The notes beneath the pieces are model-generated. The model was not told the DNA's origin. It saw nothing but the letters and a program-made list of their open reading frames with translations, and did not search any database. The position numbers and the translations under genes were made by a program. From positions 1 through 51,354 of IMG/VR virus record IMGVR_UViG_3300020161_000851: a stretch of 51,354 nucleotides of DNA, one strand, 5' to 3'. The DNA comes from a virus. Taxonomy: Duplodnaviria; Caudoviricetes. This document shows, piece by piece, positions 7,671 through 16,844 of this stretch. Positions within the stretch are counted from its first letter, which is position 1, and every line of letters starts with the position of its first letter.

Positions 7671-10607
7671 ATGATTCAAGTTTATCCTAATCCTTTTACT
7701 CAAAATCCTTTATTTTTTGGGACAGCTATAAGAAATTCTCCACTTTCTACTTATTCACATGTAAGCTCCACTGCATTTGAAGTAAGTATTTATAACGAAA
7801 CTGCATCTCAATATAGTGCAGCATTTGTGTATAAGGCAGGAGATCCAGAATCATGGGCACCTTTTGAAAGCCCTTGGACTGTATATGGAGCAGGCGTAAC
7901 TGGTGCTCCAGAATATTCATTTAGTTTATGGAGAGAAAGAACTGAGGCTCAATTCAATTATTTAAATTACGGAACAGATAGCACAAGTAAAATTAGAGTT
8001 GGATATAAAAAAGGAAATATAACTTCAGTTGATATTGGACCATATAAAAAGAATTTTAATACTAATTGGTCGTATATAAACTCAAGTGCTATAGAAATTT
8101 CAGGTGTTAATACATACGATAAATTAATTATTCACATAAATAGAGATTTATCAACTCCTTTGTATGTTTTTGCAAATCCAATAGATGTGCCACCCCCAGT
8201 GCAAGATGCAGGTAACTTAGCATCATATTTTTATGTGTCAGCAGGAATATGGGAACTGAGCACAGTCTCTACACTATTGGCCCTTAACGATGGGCCAGAG
8301 TATACTTGGAGATTAAATATTCCATATAATAATTACACTGTATACCTAGCTCCAGGAGCTTACGTGGATGGAACATTTAGTGTAAGAAATAGATATAATG
8401 TTACATTCTCAGGCCCAGGGGTGATAGACGCTGGGATACCTTATTATGATAATTGGTGGTCATCTGTTGGATTTGAAGCCGATCCACCAGTTACTGATGA
8501 GGGAAAATTAAGACGATGCCCAATATATTCATTTAGCGGGTTTAGTGAGCCTGCATCTTACGTAGATCCCTCCGGTATAAAACTCATCAATCCGACAATA
8601 GTAAATTCTATAGCATATGCGGGTAGTTGTAACTTCAAATTAGTAGATAATACAAAATTAATATGCCAATGGCCCAACACTGACGGATTCCACATAAAAG
8701 ATCATCAGAGTGTTCCAGACGCAGACAAGTATTCAAGTATGACAAGAACATTCTTGCAAACTGCGGATGACACAACTTATGTTGGTGGTAATCAAGGTGG
8801 GGGCGATTGTTTAGTTAGCGGTTGTTATTTTGTAAGCTTGGCTGGATGCACTTTTAGAACTTTCTTCGGTGATTATAATTCTTATGATTATCGCAATGTT
8901 AACAATCACTGGTATTCTGCAATTGATATTGATTGCAGAATTTACTCGGCTCCTGCTTACACTTACTTAGGGGTTCCCATCCAAGGGAGCTACACAAATG
9001 CTGTTTTTGGAATTTCTCCGACCGATAGAAAAAGATTTTGGTATGCTTTTTATGATGGATTTAAGGATATTGCAGTAACTAATCATTTATTTTCTGGGAT
9101 TAGGGTGGAGAATCTTATAGATCTTCCAATATTCGATGTTGGTCCAAGACCTTATGTTGGCTATGATTACAGCCCTATTTTCGGTAATTTATCAAGTTTA
9201 ATATTTAAAGATATCACAGCCAGTTCGCACCCTAACAGTAAATTTAACTTTATTAGAGAAAATAAATTATTTGGTAAATATGATGCGCAAGTTAAATACA
9301 GGCCACATGATGTGTCCTTTATTAATGTTAATATCAATAATCAAATTATCACTAATGTTAATAAAGATGATTATTTTGTTTGGTATAACAAGCCTATAGC
9401 TAGAGATTCTGCTTATTTCCCCCCAGAATTACTTTGGAATGGAAGCTCTATCGCTGATGTTTACATAATAATTGGAGATTCAATAGCCGCAGGATATGAT
9501 TCCAAATTTGCAGATAGAGTGGGCACTAATTATTCTACTATGCCCACTCAATTAACTGGATGTTATATTTGGACTACATCTTCAAATAGCTTTGAAATAA
9601 TTAAACCAGGGGTGAATATTGATAGCGGTGGTTATTATCCTTATTTCGCAACTGGAGTAGCAGCTTTGGAAAGCACTTTGGCCTGGAAGATGAGGCAGTA
9701 TTCAGGGCAGAGAGATGTCTATATTATAAAATATGGAACTGGTGGATCTATGCCATTTTCTGGAACATCTGCTACTTATGAATCACAAGCTGACCCAAAT
9801 AATGCCCCAGGATTTAATCGCCTTGATTGGAGCGTCAGTAGTTCAAATGAAATGTTTGCTGGTTTTAGCGGTTTAGTAACTAATGCAATAACAAATTTAA
9901 CTAATAATAATAAACATGTTGATCTTAAAGCTGTCATAATTTTCTTAGGAACTAATGTTCCAATTCAAACTGCTGAAAGATTATACAATCGAAATAGCGT
10001 TACTGCAACTCTTGGAGTTACTGCTGTAAACCCATATAAAGATTTAAATTTAGTAAGCTCTTTAATTGATACAGGAGTAAGTTCTTTAATTTCTGGAATA
10101 GGTGGAATATTAGGAACCACCACATTAGATGTTGATTTAAGTTATACAAACTATATTTGGACATTACCTCTATATGAAAACGAAGGATTTTACGTAGAGT
10201 TATTAAATGATTATTTAAAGAAATTTAATGATAGAGTTAGATTTTTCTCCGGTATTGAAAATTATTTATCTCCAGGCCCATTATCATCTATTTTACTTCC
10301 ATTAAGAATCACACCTTATTTGCCTCCGACAGGGGTGTATCTATACGATAGCGTTCACTATAACTTCTCTGGATATGCAAAAATGGCGGATGATATTTAT
10401 GGAATACTAGAACAACAAACTAGCAGTATCACGGACCCAGATCTTAATCCAGATGTAAATATAACATTTAGAGTTTCTGAGACTGCAACTACTCCTTACA
10501 TAAAAGTAAATGATACTTGGAAACAAGCGGATTCATATGTTAAAGTTAATGGGCAATGGAAGTTTTCTGACCCAGGTGTTAAGATTAGCGGGGATTGGAA
10601 GCAGTAA
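7671..10607 (+). CDS. Tailspike-like carbohydrate-active protein: beta-helix glycoside hydrolase-like domain plus SGNH/sialate O-acetylesterase-like domain
   Basis: VYLAPGAYVDG, NVTFSGPGVID, NTDGFH and QTADD suggest a pectin-lyase fold; IIIGDSIAAG, YIIKYGTGGS and DSVH suggest an SGNH domain; C-terminal YVKVNGxWK repeats. Confidence 0.65.
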   Translation: MIQVYPNPFTQNPLFFGTAIRNSPLSTYSHVSSTAFEVSIYNETASQYSAAFVYKAGDPESWAPFESPWTVYGAGVTGAPEYSFSLWRERTEAQFNYLNYGTDSTSKIRVGYKKGNITSVDIGPYKKNFNTNWSYINSSAIEISGVNTYDKLIIHINRDLSTPLYVFANPIDVPPPVQDAGNLASYFYVSAGIWELSTVSTLLALNDGPEYTWRLNIPYNNYTVYLAPGAYVDGTFSVRNRYNVTFSGPGVIDAGIPYYDNWWSSVGFEADPPVTDEGKLRRCPIYSFSGFSEPASYVDPSGIKLINPTIVNSIAYAGSCNFKLVDNTKLICQWPNTDGFHIKDHQSVPDADKYSSMTRTFLQTADDTTYVGGNQGGGDCLVSGCYFVSLAGCTFRTFFGDYNSYDYRNVNNHWYSAIDIDCRIYSAPAYTYLGVPIQGSYTNAVFGISPTDRKRFWYAFYDGFKDIAVTNHLFSGIRVENLIDLPIFDVGPRPYVGYDYSPIFGNLSSLIFKDITASSHPNSKFNFIRENKLFGKYDAQVKYRPHDVSFINVNINNQIITNVNKDDYFVWYNKPIARDSAYFPPELLWNGSSIADVYIIIGDSIAAGYDSKFADRVGTNYSTMPTQLTGCYIWTTSSNSFEIIKPGVNIDSGGYYPYFATGVAALESTLAWKMRQYSGQRDVYIIKYGTGGSMPFSGTSATYESQADPNNAPGFNRLDWSVSSSNEMFAGFSGLVTNAITNLTNNNKHVDLKAVIIFLGTNVPIQTAERLYNRNSVTATLGVTAVNPYKDLNLVSSLIDTGVSSLISGIGGILGTTTLDVDLSYTNYIWTLPLYENEGFYVELLNDYLKKFNDRVRFFSGIENYLSPGPLSSILLPLRITPYLPPTGVYLYDSVHYNFSGYAKMADDIYGILEQQTSSITDPDLNPDVNITFRVSETATTPYIKVNDTWKQADSYVKVNGQWKFSDPGVKISGDWKQ

Positions 10608-10611
10608 TACT

Positions 10612-10618
10612 CTATATA
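10612..10618 (+). promoter_or_regulatory. Putative late promoter variant (CTATATA)
   Basis: Intergenic, 14 nt before the ATG at 10633. Confidence 0.35.
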
Positions 10619-10632
10619 TTTAAGAATATATT

Positions 10633-13600
10633 ATGACTTCATTTGGGCAGTATCCATTAGTTTATCAATTAAGGCAATTAGGTGACGGATCCTTCATTCC
10701 TGTAGGGTTAGCCGAGGCTAGCTCCTTAGGCTCATTTTCTGCCGTAAACATAGTTGTAAGCTCTATTAGTGCTACTGATTACTTAGGTTTTGAAGCTAAC
10801 GTATCATTTACTGGAGTTATATCTGTTACTTCTGTAGGAACGGGGCAACCATTAGTATCCTTAGGTGATCCTAATAATCCTGTAATTAGATCTTTAGCTA
10901 CCCCTACAACAAATTTCTTAACACCAGGATTAGCGGGAGATGGAACAGTAGAAATTGGATATGGAGGCGATCCTCTAGGGCATGACCATGGAGGAACTAA
11001 TTCCGATGAGACTCCAGGACCAGATAACGTAGCTTTCTGGTATGATGATGGAGGACAGACTAGATTAAAAACTGACGGGAAATTTAAATATGATACTGGT
11101 AGTTCAAATTTAAGTATTGGAACAGGTGGGCAATATCAGATAAATGGTTCTCAATTAGCAATAACAAATCTAGCAAACGTAAATGCTCCTGGTTCCCCTA
11201 ATACATTTTTGCAATGGAATGGCTCTAATTACATTTGGACAGGAGTTTGCGCAACGGTTGGAGGATCAGTATCCTTCCCAACTACAAGTGGAAGGATTCC
11301 AGTTACTGATACTGCTACTAACCTTAATATTTACACCGATTTAGCTTACAATAGCTCTACGAAAGCTCTATCAGTTTATGCAATAAACAACGTATGCGAT
11401 GTTTGTGCAATTAGATTTAATGAAGGTGGAACTTTATTATCAGATAAGTTTCAAGGAAAAGATGATACTCTTGTAGCCATAGCTGGATTAAATCCAGGAA
11501 TTAATCAGTTAATATACTTTACAAATACAAACGTAGCAGCAACAGCATCTGTAACCCCGTGTGCATTAGAATTATTGGGTGATTCTACGTATGCCGATAT
11601 GAGAACAACTTTGCAGTTAAATTCATATTATGCACCGATAGGAGCTTACCTTACAGCTATACCAGATCAATATCTTACTCAAACAGAGGGTGATGGGTTC
11701 TATCAGGCATGCGACGTATTCCTAAATACATTAGCAAGTCAAAATTACGTTAATTTAAACAGTGCTGATGTTTGTAATACATTGCCAATAGTTAAAGGTG
11801 GAACCAATAATGCTGGTTCCTACGGTAATGATGGAATTTTTTATTACGACAATTCTTTACAACAATTCACTAATAATTCGAATGTAGCTATTCTTGGAAC
11901 AGGTGCAAATGCTTCCATAAAATCACCAAATGTTTGTGCTACTACAGTTTGTGCAACTACAATACAAGAAGGTGGGCAGACATTAACATCAAAGTATCTT
12001 ACTCAGGCTAATGCAGCAGTAACATATCAAGTTTGTGACACATTCTTAAATACATTAGCAACTAATGATTCTGTAAGACTAGATCTTGATGTAACAAATA
12101 CTCTTGGAGTTACAAGAGGTGGAACTGGATTTAATAGTATTTCTAATAATCAAATCGTTGTAGGAACTGGAACCAATACTATAGGAACAATAACTGCCCC
12201 ATCAAATAATACCTTCTTAAAATATTCCGGTGGTTCATTTATTTGGACTGGAACTGATACCGGATCAGTAACTTTACCTGGGATTCAATATGCTGTTCTT
12301 ACAGAGGGTGCAGGCGGAAGTTTTGCATCAAATGCTAATGTAAAAATTCAAAATGGAATTTTTTATGTTAGCGCAGCATCAGCAACTGATGCAGTGAGTG
12401 CCCAAGGCAGCGTTTATGCTGGAAATGCTACTGTTGCAGGTTTTGTATTGGCTACTGGGGACATAGCAACTATTGCTGGGACAGTTGCTGGAGCTAATGT
12501 TTGTGGAACTAATTTATTCCAAGGAGGGACAAATATAAATGCGATCTATCAGCCTATAGGTTCGTATCAACCCAATAACACAAGACTCCATGATTTAACA
12601 GCAGTTACAGTAGATGGTCTACTTAGATTTAATGGTTCTAATTACGTAACTCAACCTACAGCTACGTATGAAACTACAGCGTATGCTCGCGGAAACTATG
12701 AAACCACAGGGTATGCCAGATCTACTTACGAGACAACTGCGTATTCAAGACCAAATTTTGCTACTACAGCTTCATTAGCTAATTATGAAACAACTGCATA
12801 CGCTAGGTCTACTTATGAAACTACTGGATATGCAAGGTCCACGTTTGAGACAACTGGGTATTCTAGATCGACATTTGAGACAACTGGGTATGCAAGAACA
12901 AACTACGAGACTACAGGCTATGCTCGCAGCACGTATGAAACAACTGGATATTCTAGAAACACATTTGCATTAACAGCTTCATTAGCTAGTTACGAAACAA
13001 CTGCTAATGCAAATTCAACTTATTTAGCAAAAACAACTTACAATAGTTTCACAGGAACATTAGCTTTGTCCGCTGGGCTGAAAGATGTTGAAATAACATC
13101 CCCCTCTAATGGACAAGTGTTAAAATGGAATGGATCGAAATGGATAAACGATACTGATGCAACAGGAACTGGTGGATCAACTTCCCCTGTAGGCCCCGAG
13201 GGTGCAGTTCAGTATAGAAGTGGCGCAGGAGGATTTACTGGAGTAAATTCATTCGTATTTAATCAAACTAGTAGTTTATTAGCAACTAATTCAGTGTCTG
13301 CGGGTGTTATTTACCCAGCAGGAACTGGGCAAATAAAAACTGCAAAATCAAATTATGTATACTATGGGGCTCCCGCTGCCACAACATTCAATGGTATTAC
13401 TTATCCAAAAGGGTATGTTACACAAGATCAATTTGGAGAATTCTGGTTTAGTTCTAATGCAACAATAGCTGGAGCCACGCAGCCTGGGCCATCTTCAACT
13501 TTGTTTGTAAGAAGAGTTTGTGTTGGTGGAGCACAAACAACAACAAATAATATTGGAATAGTATTCGGAAGATTTGCTGCAAATCCAGGAATTGGTCCTG

Positions 13601-15180
13601 GATATGACCCTATCGACCTAGATCCCCCAGAATTTCTAACTTTCACTGGTGCTGCTAACTATTTAACATATATGGACTCCAGCGGGTCTTTAAGTTATAC
13701 TAGTTCAATGACTTTGTATAAGAAAAATGGATCATTGTCTGCTACACCTGACACATTAAAAATAAATGGAACATTAATATCTGAGACACTAAGTGCAACA
13801 ACCGATGCAACTATAGATGGAGATTTAGTTGTTTTAAATTCAGCATTTATAACTGGTGGATTAGAGGCTGGAAGTGTAAGCGCAACTAATTATTTAAATC
13901 TTCCAAGCTCCACGGTTGTTTGGGCTAGTGCTACAAATGCAACTAACGCAACTAATGCTACAAATGCAGTCAACGCACAAACAGTTAGAAAGTATGTAAA
14001 GAACTCTACAGGAGCTACAATCCCCAAAGGAAGACCTGTTACAGTAGCGGGTGCAACAGGTGACAATGTTTTAGTAGTTCCCCTTTCGTCTGTAAGCACT
14101 CACGTTCCTGGAGCAATAGGATTATCAAATCACGTATTTGGATTAACTGAAACACAAATTTTAACTAATGATTTTGGTTACATTATAACAGAAGGAATTG
14201 TATCTGGAACAGGTGGTGGTGTTAACGCTTTAGATACTTCATTATTTACAGCAGGAGATATTCTATACGTTTCATCAAATGGTTTGCTAACAAATACCAG
14301 ACCAGCTCCTCCATACGAATCTCATCCAGTTGGTTTTGTTATTAGAAGCCAATCTAACAATGGATCAATATATGTAAAGGTAGAAACTCAGCCTGAGATA
14401 AACGATATTGTAGGGTTCAATCTGGCATCAAGCATTCTTAATGGAGATTTGATATCATACGATCTTACTACAAGCACATTTGTAAATACTCAGAGCATAA
14501 ATCTATCTGGTTCAATTAAGGGTGGATCACTATCAGCTACTAATCTTAGTGCGACTAATGCCAGAATAACTTCACTGTCAGCAACTACAGTAAGTGCTAC
14601 AACTTATCAAAATCTTCCAACGGCTGCACTAAGCGGACTATCCGATGTATTGATAACATCTCCGGCTCTAAGCTCAGTATTGAAGTGGAATGGAACTAAA
14701 TGGGTGCCAGCTACAGATCAGACGGGCGGTGGGGGAGCAGCAGCGGCAGGAACTGTAGCCGGAGCAATACAATTTAATGATGGAGTTAATGGTTTCGACG
14801 CAAATGATGATTTCTATTATGCGTCAAAGAATCTATACATTAATGTAGGGACAGCAGGACAATTAAATACTGACACTGTAGTAGCACAGGATATTCAAGC
14901 TACTCAACAACTTAGTGTTGATTCAGCCATGTTGACATCTCCTGCGGCGGGAGCTTTATTAGTTAATAGCTCACTCAGAAGTCCAACTGTATCAGCTACA
15001 ACTTATTTAAACCTTCCATCCGGCGTTGCAACATGGAATGCAAATAAGTTACAAGGCGTAAACATAAGCACAGCTACACCAGCTACAGAAGATACTTTAG
15101 TCTATAATGGAACTGCATGGGCACCTAAGAGTGTCATTGCAATATCCAATGTAATTGGAAATAATTTAATATCAAGTTAA
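10633..15180 (+). CDS. Long fibre protein (1515 aa, modular)
   Basis: LGVTRGGTG motifs, 'LKDVEITSPSNGQVLKWNGSKWIN' modules, decapeptide repeat stalk, and a 'YVKNSTGATIPKGRPV' domain typical of phage fibres. Confidence 0.75.
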   Translation: MTSFGQYPLVYQLRQLGDGSFIPVGLAEASSLGSFSAVNIVVSSISATDYLGFEANVSFTGVISVTSVGTGQPLVSLGDPNNPVIRSLATPTTNFLTPGLAGDGTVEIGYGGDPLGHDHGGTNSDETPGPDNVAFWYDDGGQTRLKTDGKFKYDTGSSNLSIGTGGQYQINGSQLAITNLANVNAPGSPNTFLQWNGSNYIWTGVCATVGGSVSFPTTSGRIPVTDTATNLNIYTDLAYNSSTKALSVYAINNVCDVCAIRFNEGGTLLSDKFQGKDDTLVAIAGLNPGINQLIYFTNTNVAATASVTPCALELLGDSTYADMRTTLQLNSYYAPIGAYLTAIPDQYLTQTEGDGFYQACDVFLNTLASQNYVNLNSADVCNTLPIVKGGTNNAGSYGNDGIFYYDNSLQQFTNNSNVAILGTGANASIKSPNVCATTVCATTIQEGGQTLTSKYLTQANAAVTYQVCDTFLNTLATNDSVRLDLDVTNTLGVTRGGTGFNSISNNQIVVGTGTNTIGTITAPSNNTFLKYSGGSFIWTGTDTGSVTLPGIQYAVLTEGAGGSFASNANVKIQNGIFYVSAASATDAVSAQGSVYAGNATVAGFVLATGDIATIAGTVAGANVCGTNLFQGGTNINAIYQPIGSYQPNNTRLHDLTAVTVDGLLRFNGSNYVTQPTATYETTAYARGNYETTGYARSTYETTAYSRPNFATTASLANYETTAYARSTYETTGYARSTFETTGYSRSTFETTGYARTNYETTGYARSTYETTGYSRNTFALTASLASYETTANANSTYLAKTTYNSFTGTLALSAGLKDVEITSPSNGQVLKWNGSKWINDTDATGTGGSTSPVGPEGAVQYRSGAGGFTGVNSFVFNQTSSLLATNSVSAGVIYPAGTGQIKTAKSNYVYYGAPAATTFNGITYPKGYVTQDQFGEFWFSSNATIAGATQPGPSSTLFVRRVCVGGAQTTTNNIGIVFGRFAANPGIGPGYDPIDLDPPEFLTFTGAANYLTYMDSSGSLSYTSSMTLYKKNGSLSATPDTLKINGTLISETLSATTDATIDGDLVVLNSAFITGGLEAGSVSATNYLNLPSSTVVWASATNATNATNATNAVNAQTVRKYVKNSTGATIPKGRPVTVAGATGDNVLVVPLSSVSTHVPGAIGLSNHVFGLTETQILTNDFGYIITEGIVSGTGGGVNALDTSLFTAGDILYVSSNGLLTNTRPAPPYESHPVGFVIRSQSNNGSIYVKVETQPEINDIVGFNLASSILNGDLISYDLTTSTFVNTQSINLSGSIKGGSLSATNLSATNARITSLSATTVSATTYQNLPTAALSGLSDVLITSPALSSVLKWNGTKWVPATDQTGGGGAAAAGTVAGAIQFNDGVNGFDANDDFYYASKNLYINVGTAGQLNTDTVVAQDIQATQQLSVDSAMLTSPAAGALLVNSSLRSPTVSATTYLNLPSGVATWNANKLQGVNISTATPATEDTLVYNGTAWAPKSVIAISNVIGNNLISS
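12664..13017 (+). repeat. Degenerate 30-bp coding repeat, (T/N)YETT(G/A)Y(A/S)R(S/x) about 10 times with two 9-aa spacers
   Basis: Visible in both DNA and protein; synonymous positions are diverged. Confidence 0.9.
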
Positions 15181-15184
15181 TATC

Positions 15185-15622
15185 ATGCCAGCAAATACAA
15201 GCCCTATTTTTACCGCATCAGCAGATCTCTCATGGGGATCGACAAATCCAATAACCACTGTAAATACCGGAGCAGGAGCCTCAGCTTATGATGGAACTAC
15301 AAACGCTGTTCTATTGTTTACAGGTGGAGTTAATGGGTCATTCCTTCAAAAGATTGTGTGTGAAGCGGCTGGAACTAATGCAATCTCAGTATTAAGAATT
15401 CATATAAACAATGGATCAACAAATGCTACGTCTGCAAATAACAGCCTTTATATGCAATATTCTCTACCTGCTACAACTGCATCGAATACGACAGCAACGG
15501 CTCACTTGGAAATTCCTTTGATGATTCAAATTCCTCCAAACTATAAAATCTATGTATCTCTTGGAGCCGCTTCAAACTTAGCATCGGGTTGGTATTTTAG
15601 TATCGTCGCTGGAGAATACTGA
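15185..15622 (+). CDS. Hypothetical virion protein (fibre-associated)
   Basis: Beta-rich 145 aa, MPANTSPIF...AGEY, directly after the fibre gene. Confidence 0.55.
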   Translation: MPANTSPIFTASADLSWGSTNPITTVNTGAGASAYDGTTNAVLLFTGGVNGSFLQKIVCEAAGTNAISVLRIHINNGSTNATSANNSLYMQYSLPATTASNTTATAHLEIPLMIQIPPNYKIYVSLGAASNLASGWYFSIVAGEY

Positions 15623-16623
15623 TGGTATTACAGAATTTTGATAGAATATGGGGGCAAGAACACTTAGTCAGAGTTTACTCTGGAATTGTCGCCGGAACTG
15701 CTATCACTACAGATTTTGTTACTTGGCAAAAACCTAAGGGAGTTAGATCTGTTGAAATTATCGCTCTCGGAGGTGGAGGTGGGGGTGGAGGTGGAGGTGC
15801 CAACGGTGCTGGAAACGTCGCTGGTGGCGGGGGCGGGGGCGCGTGTGGAGCATTATTTAGAACTGTAATCCCCGCTGTCATGTTACCTGACAATCTGTAT
15901 GTTAAACCTGGAATTGGTGGCACTGGTGGAACAGGACAAGTTCAAGGTGGAGCAGCAGCTACAGCAGGAGGTAACGGTGGAGCAAGTTACGTCACCATAT
16001 TCCCAGATACCACTGCTCAAAATATAGTTGCATTAGCAAACGGTGGAGGTGGTGGCGGCTTAGGGTCATCTACTGCTGGAACAGCCGGAACTGCTGGTGG
16101 TGTATCGACTGGTGCCACAAGTCCACTAGGTTATCTTGGTAGCGTTGTTGTTACCGCTGGAGCCGCTGGTGGTGCAGGCTCAACTACAGCCGCAGCAACC
16201 GCAGTTACTGCAATAGCTGTGACAACTAATAACATGGCTTCTCCCGGTGGTGGAGGAGGTGGAGTTACTACAGGTAACGCAGGTCAGAACGGAGCAGCAG
16301 TAACCACAGGTGGATGCTGGCCTACTATTGCGGGAGGAACTGGCGGTATATCTCCAGGAAAGGGTGGGTGTGGTCTCCAGTGTGGAATTAACATGACATC
16401 TAATTTAGATATTATGTCACACAGATATCCACTAGTATCAACAGGTGGTGGTGGCGGTGGTGGAAAGACAAGCGGAACATCTCCCGACATAGGTGCAGAA
16501 GGTGGAAACGCTGGATTCGGTAGCGGAGGTGGAGGCGGCGGCGCAATCAACGGAACAGGAACCACCGCAGGCGCAGGAGGCATTGGTGGAGTCGGATTAA
16601 TAATTATTGTCTGTCACTACTAA
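15622..16623 (+). CDS. Glycine-rich fibre tip/adhesin-like protein
   Basis: TWQKPKGVRSVEIIALGGGGGGG start, many poly-Gly runs, GGIGGVGLIIIV end; TGATG coupling to the upstream gene. Confidence 0.7.
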   Translation: MVLQNFDRIWGQEHLVRVYSGIVAGTAITTDFVTWQKPKGVRSVEIIALGGGGGGGGGGANGAGNVAGGGGGGACGALFRTVIPAVMLPDNLYVKPGIGGTGGTGQVQGGAAATAGGNGGASYVTIFPDTTAQNIVALANGGGGGGLGSSTAGTAGTAGGVSTGATSPLGYLGSVVVTAGAAGGAGSTTAAATAVTAIAVTTNNMASPGGGGGGVTTGNAGQNGAAVTTGGCWPTIAGGTGGISPGKGGCGLQCGINMTSNLDIMSHRYPLVSTGGGGGGGKTSGTSPDIGAEGGNAGFGSGGGGGGAINGTGTTAGAGGIGGVGLIIIVCHY

Positions 16624-16844
16624 TTCAAAATATCTCCACGCTTCATGCTAGCTAGCAACCGAATAATAACATTGTCCCGAAGAGCGTCTAACTCTCTTAC
16701 ACAATTGTAAAGAGTATCGTAAGTTTCCTTACTGATCTTCTGCTCCTTGAGATTCTTGATATCAGCCGCTAGAGCATCAAGTCTAGTCTTTTGAGTCTCA
16801 GTGAAATTGTAAAGCGTATCTAATACTTCTTCTGCGCGTCTCAT
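16620..16844 (-). CDS. Small helical hypothetical protein (positional analogue of UvsW.1)
   Basis: 74 aa, amphipathic helices, ATGA-coupled to the helicase. Confidence 0.6.
   Translation of the reverse strand: MRRAEEVLDTLYNFTETQKTRLDALAADIKNLKEQKISKETYDTLYNCVRELDALRDNVIIRLLASMKRGDILN

Noticed and set aside
7655-7675. Readthrough or frameshift fusion of the fibre and the enzyme spike
   Set aside because: Different frames, no slippery heptamer, and the downstream gene has its own ATG
12664-13017. 30-bp periodic repeats as a CRISPR array
   Set aside because: No unique spacers; in-frame coding repeats with synonymous variation
5539-15180. Diversity-generating retroelement (TR/VR) among the fibre repeats
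   Set aside because: No reverse transcriptase in the window and no near-identical pair differing only at adenines was noticed
15675-16583. Pro-rich minus-strand ORFs
   Set aside because: Shadows of poly-Gly codons; the same applies to 46305..46710
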